Part shown: piece by piece, positions 17,432 through 25,547 of the stretch
How positions within the stretch are numbered: position 1 is the first letter of the stretch
Layout: the number at the start of each line of letters is the position of its first letter
NCBI GenBank assembly: GCA_016938065.1
Contig: JAFGVI010000086.1
Location: 2,155 to 66,154 of the forward strand
DNA from: Deltaproteobacteria bacterium
GTDB taxonomy: Bacteria; Desulfobacterota; Anaeroferrophillalia; Anaeroferrophillales; Tharpellaceae
Reading direction: 5' to 3'
DNA length: 64,000 nt
Notes under the pieces: model-generated
What the model was told of the DNA's origin: nothing
The model's input: the letters and a program-made list of their open reading frames with translations, nothing else
The model's database searches: none
Position numbers and translations under genes: made by a program

Positions 17432-19321
17432 TTATTTCACTTCTTCGAAATCGGCATCGACAACATCGTCATCCGCTGCCCCGCCGGCTTCCGCCGCGCC
17501 ACCGGCAGCGCCGGCGGCGTTATCCGCATACATGGCTTCGGCCAGTTTGTGGGAAACCTGCTGCAAACCTTCAAGCGCTTTCTTGATCGCACCGGCATCA
17601 TCCCCGTCCTTGACGGATTTGACCTGATTAAGAGCGGCTTCAATATTGGAACGATCGGCCGCCGGAACCTTTTCGCCCATCTCCTTCAAACTCTTTTCAG
17701 TCTGATACACCGTACTGTCCGCCTGATTGCGCAGATCGATAAGCTCGCGTTTTCTCTTATCATCTTCGACATGAGCTTCGGCATCTTTGATCATCTTCTC
17801 AATCTCGGCGTCGCTCAAGCCGCTGGAGGCCTGAATTTCGATCGACTGTTCTTTGCCGGTAGCCTTATCCTTGGCTGAAACATGAACGATACCATTGGCA
17901 TCAATATCAAAACTGACTTCAATCTGCGGCACGCCGCGCGGAGCCGCCGGAATTCCAACCAGCTCAAACTGGGCCAGACGTTTATTATCGGCCGCCATTT
18001 CGCGCTCACCCTGAAGGACGACGATGCTGACCGCCGGCTGATTGTCGGCAGCGGTCGTAAAGACCTGGCTCTTTTTCGTCGGAATTGTCGAATTTTTCTC
18101 GATCAGTTTGGTGCAGACCCCACCCAGGGTTTCAATGCCGAGGGAGAGAGGCGTAACATCGAGCAGCAGAACATCTTTGACATCGCCCTGCAGAACCCCG
18201 CCCTGAATCGCGGCCCCGATGGCGACGACTTCATCCGGATTAACTCCTTTGCTGGGCTCCTGTTTAAAAATCTCCTTGACCTTGGCCTGCACCAGAGGCA
18301 TCCGGGTCATACCGCCGACCAGAATTACCTCATTGATATCAGAAGTCGAAACCCCGGCATCCTTCATCGCCATACGGCAGGGAGCGACCACCCGATCAAC
18401 CAGATCGCCGACCAGGCTCTCCAGGGTGGCCCGGGTCAGCTTGACATTGAGATGTTTGGGCCCGGAAGCATCCGCCGTAATAAAGGGCAGGTTGATGTCG
18501 GTCTCCATCGAACTGGAGAGCTCGCATTTAGCCTTTTCACCCGCCTCTTTCAGACGCTGCAGAGCCATCTTGTCCTTACGCAGATCAATGCCGTCGCTCT
18601 TGCGGAAAGAATCGGCAACGTAATCGATTATCCGTTCATCGAAATCCTCGCCCCCGAGAAAAGTATCACCGTTGGTCGCATTAACCTCAAAGACCCCATC
18701 ACCAAGCTCAAGAATCGAGATATCGAAAGTACCGCCGCCAAGGTCAAAAACGGCAATCTTGCCCTCTTTTTTCTTATCCGCACCGTAGGCCAGAGCTGCC
18801 GCCGTCGGTTCGTTGATAATACGTTTAACATCAAAACCGGCGATCTTGCCGGCATCTTTGGTCGCCTGACGCTGACTGTCGTTAAAGTAGGCCGGTACCG
18901 TAATGACGGCTTCGGTTACCGGTTCCCCAAGATAATCTTCGGCCGTCTGCTTCATCTTCTGCAGGGTCATGGCGGAAATTTCTGCTGGGCTGTACTCCCG
19001 ATCCCTGATTTTAACCCAGGCATCGCCATTTTTCGCTTCCGTAATCGTAAACGGCACTTTGCTCTTCATCTGCTGCACCTGAGGTGCCGAAAATTTACGA
19101 CCGATAAGACGCTTGACCGCGAACACCGTATCGGTGGGATTGGTCACCGCCTGGCGTTTGGCCATCTGCCCGATCAGACGTTCACCCTTGTCGTTCAAAG
19201 CGATAACTGAAGGGGTTGTCCGCACCCCTTCGGCATTGGCAATGACCTTAGCCTCGCCGCCTTCCATGACACTGACGCATGAATTGGTAGTTCCCAAATC
19301 GATGCCGATTATCTTTCCCAT
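17432..19321 (-). CDS. dnaK: Molecular chaperone DnaK (Hsp70)
   Basis: [17 protein letters not shown] and [11 protein letters not shown] motifs give an unambiguous Hsp70 sequence. Confidence 0.98.
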   Translation of the reverse strand: MGKIIGIDLGTTNSCVSVMEGGEAKVIANAEGVRTTPSVIALNDKGERLIGQMAKRQAVTNPTDTVFAVKRLIGRKFSAPQVQQMKSKVPFTITEAKNGDAWVKIRDREYSPAEISAMTLQKMKQTAEDYLGEPVTEAVITVPAYFNDSQRQATKDAGKIAGFDVKRIINEPTAAALAYGADKKKEGKIAVFDLGGGTFDISILELGDGVFEVNATNGDTFLGGEDFDERIIDYVADSFRKSDGIDLRKDKMALQRLKEAGEKAKCELSSSMETDINLPFITADASGPKHLNVKLTRATLESLVGDLVDRVVAPCRMAMKDAGVSTSDINEVILVGGMTRMPLVQAKVKEIFKQEPSKGVNPDEVVAIGAAIQGGVLQGDVKDVLLLDVTPLSLGIETLGGVCTKLIEKNSTIPTKKSQVFTTAADNQPAVSIVVLQGEREMAADNKRLAQFELVGIPAAPRGVPQIEVSFDIDANGIVHVSAKDKATGKEQSIEIQASSGLSDAEIEKMIKDAEAHVEDDKRKRELIDLRNQADSTVYQTEKSLKEMGEKVPAADRSNIEAALNQVKSVKDGDDAGAIKKALEGLQQVSHKLAEAMYADNAAGAAGGAAEAGGAADDDVVDADFEEVK

Positions 19322-19416
19322 AATGTTCTCCTTATCTTGAAATAAACAACTTTTATCTTGATTTTATACTCTGCATTGATCATTGAGCATCAATCTAGGT
19401 ATCAGGCTTGCGGAAA

Positions 19417-20085
19417 TCAACCCTTTTCCGCCGATTTTGCTTTGGCAACCGCCACCAGCGCCGGACGCAGAAGACGGCCGTGCAGCTGGTACCCCCGCTG
19501 CAGTTCATTAACTACGGTATTGGGCTCATGCTCATCACTCTCAACCTGGGTCATGGCTTCATGAAAAGCGGGGTCAAAAGGGGCCCCCAGACATTCCACA
19601 CACTCAACCCCCATCGCCTTGAAGACTGATTCAAACTGCTCTAAAATCAGTTTGACGCCATCCACAATAACCGCCGGGTCATCCCCGGCGTGAACCAGGG
19701 CGCGCTCCAGATTGTCTTTGACCGGCAGCAATTCACGCACAAAACCTTCCCGGGCAAAACGGGCAAAATCATCCTTTTCGCGCTGCATCCGCTTACGGAA
19801 ATTTTCCGCTTCGGCCCGCACTCTCAGCATCTGCTCCTGCAGTGCCGTATTGATTTTTTTCAAACCATCGACTTCAGCCCTCAGCTCTTCTACCTCACTT
19901 TTTGCAGCCGGATTCGCTACACCGGGCCCGAAACCTTCTTCCGCCGCTTCCCAATCGGCTATTGCCTCCTCCAGTCCCTGTCCGTTTTTGCCAGCCAGGG
20001 AATCATCTTCGCTGTTCGACTGCTCCAATGCTGCCTCCTTCTCATTTCCTTTATGTTTATCTTTTTTTCGACCGGAAATATTCAT
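19417..20085 (-). CDS. grpE: Nucleotide exchange factor GrpE
   Basis: Has a coiled-coil region plus the C-terminal GrpE core (RMQREKDDFARFAREGFVRELLPVKDNLERAL ... GYQLHGRLLRPALV). It sits between hrcA and dnaK. Confidence 0.9.
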   Translation of the reverse strand: MNISGRKKDKHKGNEKEAALEQSNSEDDSLAGKNGQGLEEAIADWEAAEEGFGPGVANPAAKSEVEELRAEVDGLKKINTALQEQMLRVRAEAENFRKRMQREKDDFARFAREGFVRELLPVKDNLERALVHAGDDPAVIVDGVKLILEQFESVFKAMGVECVECLGAPFDPAFHEAMTQVESDEHEPNTVVNELQRGYQLHGRLLRPALVAVAKAKSAEKG

Positions 20086-20097
20086 CTCTATTTTTCC

Positions 20098-21132
20098 TTA
20101 TTGCTGTAATTGCTGACTGATAACTTCAGCAATATAGTTTACCAGAGGAATGATACGGGAGTAGTCCATCCGGGTCGGACCAATGACCCCGACCCGGCCC
20201 AGCCTGCGACCGTCGCGCCGGTATTCAGCGGTGACCAGCGAACAGTGCCGCATCTCCTGACAACAACTTTCAGAACCGATAATCACGCGCAGCGGCTCCC
20301 CTTCCAAAGCTCCGTCAAGAATTTTCAGAATGGAGCCCTTCTCTTCGAAAGCCTTAAAAATTTCCTTCATCCGGGCGATGTCGGCAAATTCGGGATGCTC
20401 CAACAAATTGAGTTTACCATCCAGCATCACGTCACTTTGTGAATCCGGATTCTGCGCAAAAAAACTGCGACTTAAAGCCAGCACCTGGGCAAAAAGCTCA
20501 TCATAGCCCTGTTTATCATTGGCCATCTCCTGCAGAACCTTGCGTTTGATGCCGCTTAGCGTCAGATTGCCGAGCAGAGCGTTGAGATAGTTGGAAAAAT
20601 GATTGAGCTGATCCTGCGAGAGTACGCTTTCCGACTCAAACAGAACATTCTGCACCGCTCCTGAAACCGACACGATTACGGTCAGAATGCGCCGTTCATG
20701 CAGTTTGACAAAACGAATATGACGCACCACCATCTGGCGGAAATCGGGCAGACTGACAACCCCGACATAGGGCGTCAGCTGAGCTAGAGTCAGAACCCCG
20801 TCATGCAGAACCTTCTCCAGACGCGCCCCCTGCAGATCCAGACGCGCCCTGATCTGCTGCCGCGCTTCGGATGAAATGGCAGCGTAAGCCGGCAGAGAGT
20901 TCACATAAAAGCGAAAACCCTGATCCGTCGGAATCCGGCCGGCTGAGGTATGCGGCTGACAGAGCAGGCCGCTGTCTTCAAGATCGGCCATCACATTACG
21001 CAGGGTTGCCGGACTCAGTCTGAAACGGGGACTGCGCGACAGTGTGCGCGAGCCGACCGGCTCACCACTGTGGATATAGTCCTCCACCACAGCCATCAAC
21101 ACCTCTATATGTCTCGCCGACAACGCTTCCAT
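20098..21132 (-). CDS. hrcA: Heat-inducible transcriptional repressor HrcA
   Basis: The N-terminal winged helix (YIHSGEPVGSRTLS) and length fit HrcA. It is the first gene of hrcA-grpE-dnaK-dnaJ, and a CIRCE operator lies upstream. Confidence 0.92.
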   Translation of the reverse strand: MEALSARHIEVLMAVVEDYIHSGEPVGSRTLSRSPRFRLSPATLRNVMADLEDSGLLCQPHTSAGRIPTDQGFRFYVNSLPAYAAISSEARQQIRARLDLQGARLEKVLHDGVLTLAQLTPYVGVVSLPDFRQMVVRHIRFVKLHERRILTVIVSVSGAVQNVLFESESVLSQDQLNHFSNYLNALLGNLTLSGIKRKVLQEMANDKQGYDELFAQVLALSRSFFAQNPDSQSDVMLDGKLNLLEHPEFADIARMKEIFKAFEEKGSILKILDGALEGEPLRVIIGSESCCQEMRHCSLVTAEYRRDGRRLGRVGVIGPTRMDYSRIIPLVNYIAEVISQQLQQ

Positions 21133-21200
21133 AAAACCTCAAACAACCCCAGCTCGTAATCCTGAAGATCCTCAGAAAAAGCCTGAACCACAGAACCCCG

Positions 21201-21317
21201 TTAGTACCTTACAGATTATTTTCTTGTTTTTTCAACAACAAAAACAAGAAAATAATCTGAAAAGAACACTTATTTGCGGGCCGTAAAGGCCCTAGGGTTG
21301 CGGGGCTCGCTCCCGCA
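21201..21317 (-). repeat. Structured intergenic element, copy 1 (three conserved hairpins), inside the hrcA leader
   Basis: Read on the - strand: TGCGGGAGCGAGCCCCGCAACCCTAGGGCCTTTACGGCCCGCAAATAAGTG..., then a 20-bp A/T hairpin (21259-21240 with 21231-21212), then ...CTGTAAGGTACTAA. It is homologous to 29477-29635 read on the + strand. Confidence 0.7.
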
Positions 21318-21344
21318 TTAGCACTCATCCGTAAAGAGTGCTAA
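21318..21344. promoter_or_regulatory. CIRCE operator (HrcA binding site)
   Basis: TTAGCACTC-ATCCGTAAA-GAGTGCTAA is a perfect match to the TTAGCACTC-N9-GAGTGCTAA consensus. Confidence 0.9.
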
Positions 21345-21351
21345 CGGGGCT

Positions 21352-21380
21352 AAAATAGCAATGGGTTTACCCATTGTCAA
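21352..21380 (-). promoter_or_regulatory. Sigma-70-type promoter of the hrcA operon
   Basis: On the - strand: TTGACA (21380-21375), 17 nt, TATTTT (21357-21352). CIRCE starts 7 nt downstream of the -10. Confidence 0.6.
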
Positions 21381-21479
21381 GGGAGATTACGGGCGACTCG
21401 GCATAAGCCTTGACAAAGCTCTCCTCTCCGGCCGACATCCTGACCAGATTTGCTGCCGGTCTTTGGTTGCGGAGAAAAA

Positions 21480-21508
21480 TTGACATCTTCTGCATAAAAC
21501 GATATTAC
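21480..21508 (+). promoter_or_regulatory. Candidate sigma-70 promoter for the Fe-S protein gene
   Basis: TTGACA (21480-21485), 17 nt, TATTAC (21503-21508). Confidence 0.45.
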
Positions 21509-21594
21509 CATGCATAAATGAGGATAGTTGATTTTTTTATAGACGAAAATCTTGCTGTATGAAGATTGGTCAAAATGTGCAACGGAGATTGATT

Positions 21595-22647
21595 ATGGAA
21601 AAACTGACACAGGATCTGATAAATATGGCCATGACCCTGGGAGCCTGCAAAGTCGGTATCTCGACCACTAAAACCCTGGCCGGAGGGCCGCCTTCGGTCG
21701 ACCTCAGTTATGTTCTGCCGGAGGCAAAATCGGCCATCTCCTTTGCCTTGCCTTTTGACCAGGATCTGATCGGCCCCTACTTCAAAAAAGAAGACCATAA
21801 AAGCCTCGAAACCAATAAGGTGCGCACCACTACCCTGGCCAACGGCATTGCTCTGGAGATTGCCGAATTCCTGCAGCAGCAGGGCTGTAAAGCGCTCCCC
21901 CTGGGAGCCAATTTCGTTTACCGGATGGATTCGGAAAACGGGCTGCAGGATATGCTGCCACCGATCTCTCACAGGTACCTGGCCCTGGCCTCCGGCATCG
22001 GTCATATGGGCTATTCCGGTAATATTATTATTGATAAATACGGGTCGGCGATAGTTCTGGCCTCGGTCGTTACCGACCAGGAACTGACAGCGACCGAGCC
22101 CCTGCCGGAAGCGCAAAACTACTGCGACAATTGCAGGCTCTGCCTCTCGGTCTGCTCCTCCGGCTATGTCGACCCGGTTGAAAAAACCACCATAACCCTT
22201 AACGGCCGGGAGTTCAGCTACGGTAGGCGCCGCAGCCACAGCCGCTGCTTTCTCGTCTGCGGCGGTCTAACCGGTCTCAATGCCTCCGGCAAATGGTCGA
22301 CCTGGTCTCCGGCCCGTTTTACTATTCCGAAAAACGATGCGGGTTTTCAGGCCGCGGCCCCGGCGGCCACAGAAGCCTATCTCCAGCGACCGAAATTCGA
22401 AGGCGGCTTTTTTATCTGTCTGATTTCCGGAGCGCGGATGGAATATACCTGTTCCAACTGCCATTTCATCTGCCACCCCGACCCTGAAGTCCGCAAAGCC
22501 CGCTATCAAATGCTTCTGGATGGCGGTGTGGTTATTGAAGAACCCGACGGCAGCCGACGCGCGGTCTCTCCCGAAGAGGGCAAAGCCTATATTGAAGCCC
22601 TGCTCCCGGAAAGAAAAAAACTCTACACGGCTGAGCCCGGGCAATAA
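21595..22647 (+). CDS. Iron-sulfur protein with epoxyqueuosine-reductase (QueG)/reductive-dehalogenase-like layout (uncertain)
   Basis: Has CDNCRLCLSVC (CxxCxxCxxxC) and CSNCHFIC cysteine clusters after an N-terminal domain of about 190 aa. ATG at 21595 is preceded by GGAG. The tracked ORF starts 12 codons earlier. Confidence 0.5.
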   Translation: MEKLTQDLINMAMTLGACKVGISTTKTLAGGPPSVDLSYVLPEAKSAISFALPFDQDLIGPYFKKEDHKSLETNKVRTTTLANGIALEIAEFLQQQGCKALPLGANFVYRMDSENGLQDMLPPISHRYLALASGIGHMGYSGNIIIDKYGSAIVLASVVTDQELTATEPLPEAQNYCDNCRLCLSVCSSGYVDPVEKTTITLNGREFSYGRRRSHSRCFLVCGGLTGLNASGKWSTWSPARFTIPKNDAGFQAAAPAATEAYLQRPKFEGGFFICLISGARMEYTCSNCHFICHPDPEVRKARYQMLLDGGVVIEEPDGSRRAVSPEEGKAYIEALLPERKKLYTAEPGQ

Positions 22648-22737
22648 GCCACAAGAAGTTTGTCCGCCAGGCGGAATTTCTGAAAATGCTCGAACGTGCT
22701 GTAATTTGAAAATGGCAACCTTGACAAGGCGTTAATC

Positions 22738-23460
22738 ATGACGATGGCCCACCCTTTGACCCATAACGAAATTTTTATGGTCAGCCCGATCAATGCCATT
22801 CTGGAGGGTTTGTATGAAACCCCACTGACCATCGCTGAACTGAAACAGCATGGTGATTTTGGCATAGGGACATTCAACGATCTGAATGGTGAACTGATTT
22901 TGCTAAACGGTATTGCCTATCGATTTGATGTCGACGGCCTTGTCCATATGGTGAATGACGAAGAAAAAACTCCCTTTGCCGCAGCCTGTTTTTTTGAACC
23001 ATTCAGCGACGAAGAGATCCAGTCACCTCTTGATTACAGCGCCTTCAGCCATTTTCTGGAGCGTTGTCTGCCTTCACCGAACCTGCTGTATGCGATTCGT
23101 GTTGAAGGCCGCTTTTCCCGCATACGCACCCGCTCGGTGCCGAGAACAGAAAATTACACACCGCTGGTGGAGGCGACCGCCTTCCAGAAAGAGTTACTGC
23201 TTGAGAATGTTGAAGGAACCCTGGTCGGCTTCCACACCCCGAAATTCATGCCCTCAATCAATGTGCCGGGCTATCACTTCCATTTTATCAGCAAAGATTG
23301 CCGCTACGGGGGGCATCTACTTGAGTGCACCTTGAGCTGCGGCCGCTTATCGCTGCAGATCTGCAGCCGCCTGCTCCTGAATATGCCGATGACCCTTGAT
23401 TATCTGAGTGTTGACTTTAATCGCGATGCCAGAGAGGATCTGGAGAAAGCTGAGCGCTGA
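22738..23460 (+). CDS. alsD: Alpha-acetolactate decarboxylase
   Basis: SPINAILEGLYETPLTIAELKQHGDFGIGTFNDLNGELILLNG plus the HFHFIS histidine motif is typical of AlsD/BudA. Confidence 0.85.
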   Translation: MTMAHPLTHNEIFMVSPINAILEGLYETPLTIAELKQHGDFGIGTFNDLNGELILLNGIAYRFDVDGLVHMVNDEEKTPFAAACFFEPFSDEEIQSPLDYSAFSHFLERCLPSPNLLYAIRVEGRFSRIRTRSVPRTENYTPLVEATAFQKELLLENVEGTLVGFHTPKFMPSINVPGYHFHFISKDCRYGGHLLECTLSCGRLSLQICSRLLLNMPMTLDYLSVDFNRDAREDLEKAER

Positions 23461-23509
23461 AAACAACCGATGCCAGAGCACCGGGACAACCCGCATGCAG
23501 CGCTTGTCA

Positions 23510-24541
23510 CTAAAAAAGCAGGGATGGTTCAGCAGAGGGTAGTTCCGGAGACGGGACTTCTTCAGAGCCTGATTCCAGCAAGCGCTCCTGAGACCCGAGA
23601 TAGAAAGCCCGGCCAAAGAGTCGGTGAAAATCACTCCACTCCGCTTCCGTGTTTTTTGCGGCCTTCATATGGGAGTTGACGGCGGTGATTTTGGCGTCGA
23701 GATCGTCGATAAAGTTGAGAAGGATGGCTTCCTGGGTTTTGGGTCTTTTCGGGGAGCCGTACTCATATTCGCCATGATGGCTTAAAATAAGATGTTCAAG
23801 CAGCATCAGGGTTGCCGCCGGAAAACCCTTCAGGGTTGCCGCTTTGTCCTGAATCATGCGCACCCCGAGCATAACATGGCCGAGAAGGCGGCCGGCCGTC
23901 GAGTAGTCGAGGTTGCGTTCATAGGTCAGTTCATGCACCTTGCCGATATCGTGAAGCAGAGCTCCGGCTAAAACCAGATCAAGGTTGATCCAGGGATATA
24001 AAGGGGTCACCTTCAAGGCCAGCTGGGCAACCCCCAGGGTATGCTCAAGGAGGCCGCCAAGCCAGGCATGGTGCATCGCCTTGGCTGCCGGGGCCAGAGC
24101 AAAGGCTTTGGCGAACTCCTGATCTTTGATGAAAAAGGCCTGGCACAACCGCCTCAGCCAGGGGTCTTGAATATCGTTAATAATCTGCCGCAGATCCCGT
24201 TCCAGGGTTGGAATATGCTTATCCGTATGTGGCAGAAACTGGCGCGCGTCAATCGGCCCCAGCCAGAGTTCAATAAAATTCAGGGTCAGTTGCAGATTGC
24301 CGTTAAAAACCTGAGCGCGACCTTTGATATGGACGCAGTCACCCTCATTAACAGCGGCCCCGGCCCGCTCCGCATCATCCCAGAGAAAGGCGGCGAGCTC
24401 GCCGCTGCTATCACCCAGTTTAAGATTGAGATAATCCTTGCCGTTGCGACTTTTTGCCAGGTTTTTACGGTTTACCAGAAGCAGCAGGTCAACCGTCTGG
24501 TTCTCTTGAATATCAGCAACCCTGATGCTGGAAATGGTCAT
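23510..24541 (-). CDS. OB-fold plus HD-domain phosphohydrolase (YhaM-like 3'-5' exoribonuclease family)
   Basis: Has an N-terminal OB fold (DLLLLVNRKNLAKSRNGKDYLNLKLGDSSG) and an HD domain (HHAWLGGLLEHT...LLHDIGK...SHHG). Confidence 0.75.
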   Translation of the reverse strand: MTISSIRVADIQENQTVDLLLLVNRKNLAKSRNGKDYLNLKLGDSSGELAAFLWDDAERAGAAVNEGDCVHIKGRAQVFNGNLQLTLNFIELWLGPIDARQFLPHTDKHIPTLERDLRQIINDIQDPWLRRLCQAFFIKDQEFAKAFALAPAAKAMHHAWLGGLLEHTLGVAQLALKVTPLYPWINLDLVLAGALLHDIGKVHELTYERNLDYSTAGRLLGHVMLGVRMIQDKAATLKGFPAATLMLLEHLILSHHGEYEYGSPKRPKTQEAILLNFIDDLDAKITAVNSHMKAAKNTEAEWSDFHRLFGRAFYLGSQERLLESGSEEVPSPELPSAEPSLLF

Positions 24542-25547
24542 AGCCTCCCCTTGCGTTTAGCGCTTCAGATTTTCCCTCGGCGAGCAGGAAAATTCCCGCC
24601 GTCGGCGTAATGCGACCGATTCTGGTCAGGCTCACAGTCGCCCGGTCGGCAATCGCCGTAATTATGTCGCGCTGCCCGGGAGCCGCGGTAAAAAGCAGCT
24701 CATAATCTTCACCTCCGGTCAGAAGCGCAACATAATCGGTCAAGTTGGCTTCGAGAAAACCCCGAGCCGCAAACGAGAGCGGCAAACGCGCCGCCTCAAG
24801 TTCAGCCCCAAGCCCTCCGGCAGCCGTCAACAGATGATTAAGATCGCCAACCACCCCGTCACTGACATCAAGCATCGCCGAAACGCTGCCGGAAGCAGCC
24901 AGAATTTCCCCCAGAGCCACTCGCGGCACAGGCCGCAGATGTCGATTTTTAAGAAACGCTGCCGCTTCCGGCGAAACTAAGCCGGCCGGCAAAGTCCCCT
25001 GCAGGAGTTTAAGCCCGAGATAACTATCGCCACAAGTGCCGGAAAGATAGATATCATCCCCGACCGCAGCCCCGCGCCGCTGCAGCGGCGGCGCCAGGGC
25101 CAGACCGCAGAGCGTAACCGAAAGCACCAGCTGCTGCGCCTGCACGGTATCGCCCCCGGCAAGCTGCACGTCATACTCTTTTGCCGAAGCCAGAAAAGCC
25201 TCAATAAAAGTTTCGAGCCAGACTTTCTCAAGCCGGGCCGGCAGCGCCAGAGAGAGATAAACACAAGCCGGCCGTCCCCCCATGGCCGCGAGATCACTCA
25301 AATTTACGGCCAGCGACTTATAACCGAGAGCTGCCGCCGAGGTATAACTCAGATCAAAATGAACCCCTTCCACCAGCATGTCGGTCGTCGTTAAAATCCC
25401 CTGACCGACAGTCGGGCACCACCAGGCGGCATCATCACCGACCCCGAGTTTAAGATCACCGTAAGCCTGGGGCAGGCGCTCTCTTAAGGCCGCAATAAAG
25501 CCGAATTCGCCCCACTCGGCCATGGTTGCAGAAGCCGCATCCGTCAT
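24513..25547 (-). CDS. thiL: Thiamine-monophosphate kinase
   Basis: EFGFIAAL...GVGDDAA...TTDMLVEGVHF...AVNLSDLAAMGG...GGDT matches the AIR-synthase-like ThiL pattern. Its ATG shares the A of the lon stop codon. Confidence 0.9.
   Translation of the reverse strand: MTDAASATMAEWGEFGFIAALRERLPQAYGDLKLGVGDDAAWWCPTVGQGILTTTDMLVEGVHFDLSYTSAAALGYKSLAVNLSDLAAMGGRPACVYLSLALPARLEKVWLETFIEAFLASAKEYDVQLAGGDTVQAQQLVLSVTLCGLALAPPLQRRGAAVGDDIYLSGTCGDSYLGLKLLQGTLPAGLVSPEAAAFLKNRHLRPVPRVALGEILAASGSVSAMLDVSDGVVGDLNHLLTAAGGLGAELEAARLPLSFAARGFLEANLTDYVALLTGGEDYELLFTAAPGQRDIITAIADRATVSLTRIGRITPTAGIFLLAEGKSEALNARGGYDHFQHQGC

Noticed and set aside
17882-19210. 442-aa ORF antisense to dnaK (and similar antisense ORFs at 9519-10343, 10710-11693, 39530-40399 and 56619-57356)
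   Set aside because: All of them lie opposite strongly conserved genes (Hsp70 and acyl-CoA synthetases). They have Arg/Gly/His-rich nonsense-like sequence and no start-site signals.
21505-22239. 244-aa ORF on the - strand overlapping the Fe-S protein gene
   Set aside because: The + strand frame carries the cysteine-cluster motifs and a GGAG RBS. The - strand ORF has no motifs, and it would run through the + strand promoter region.
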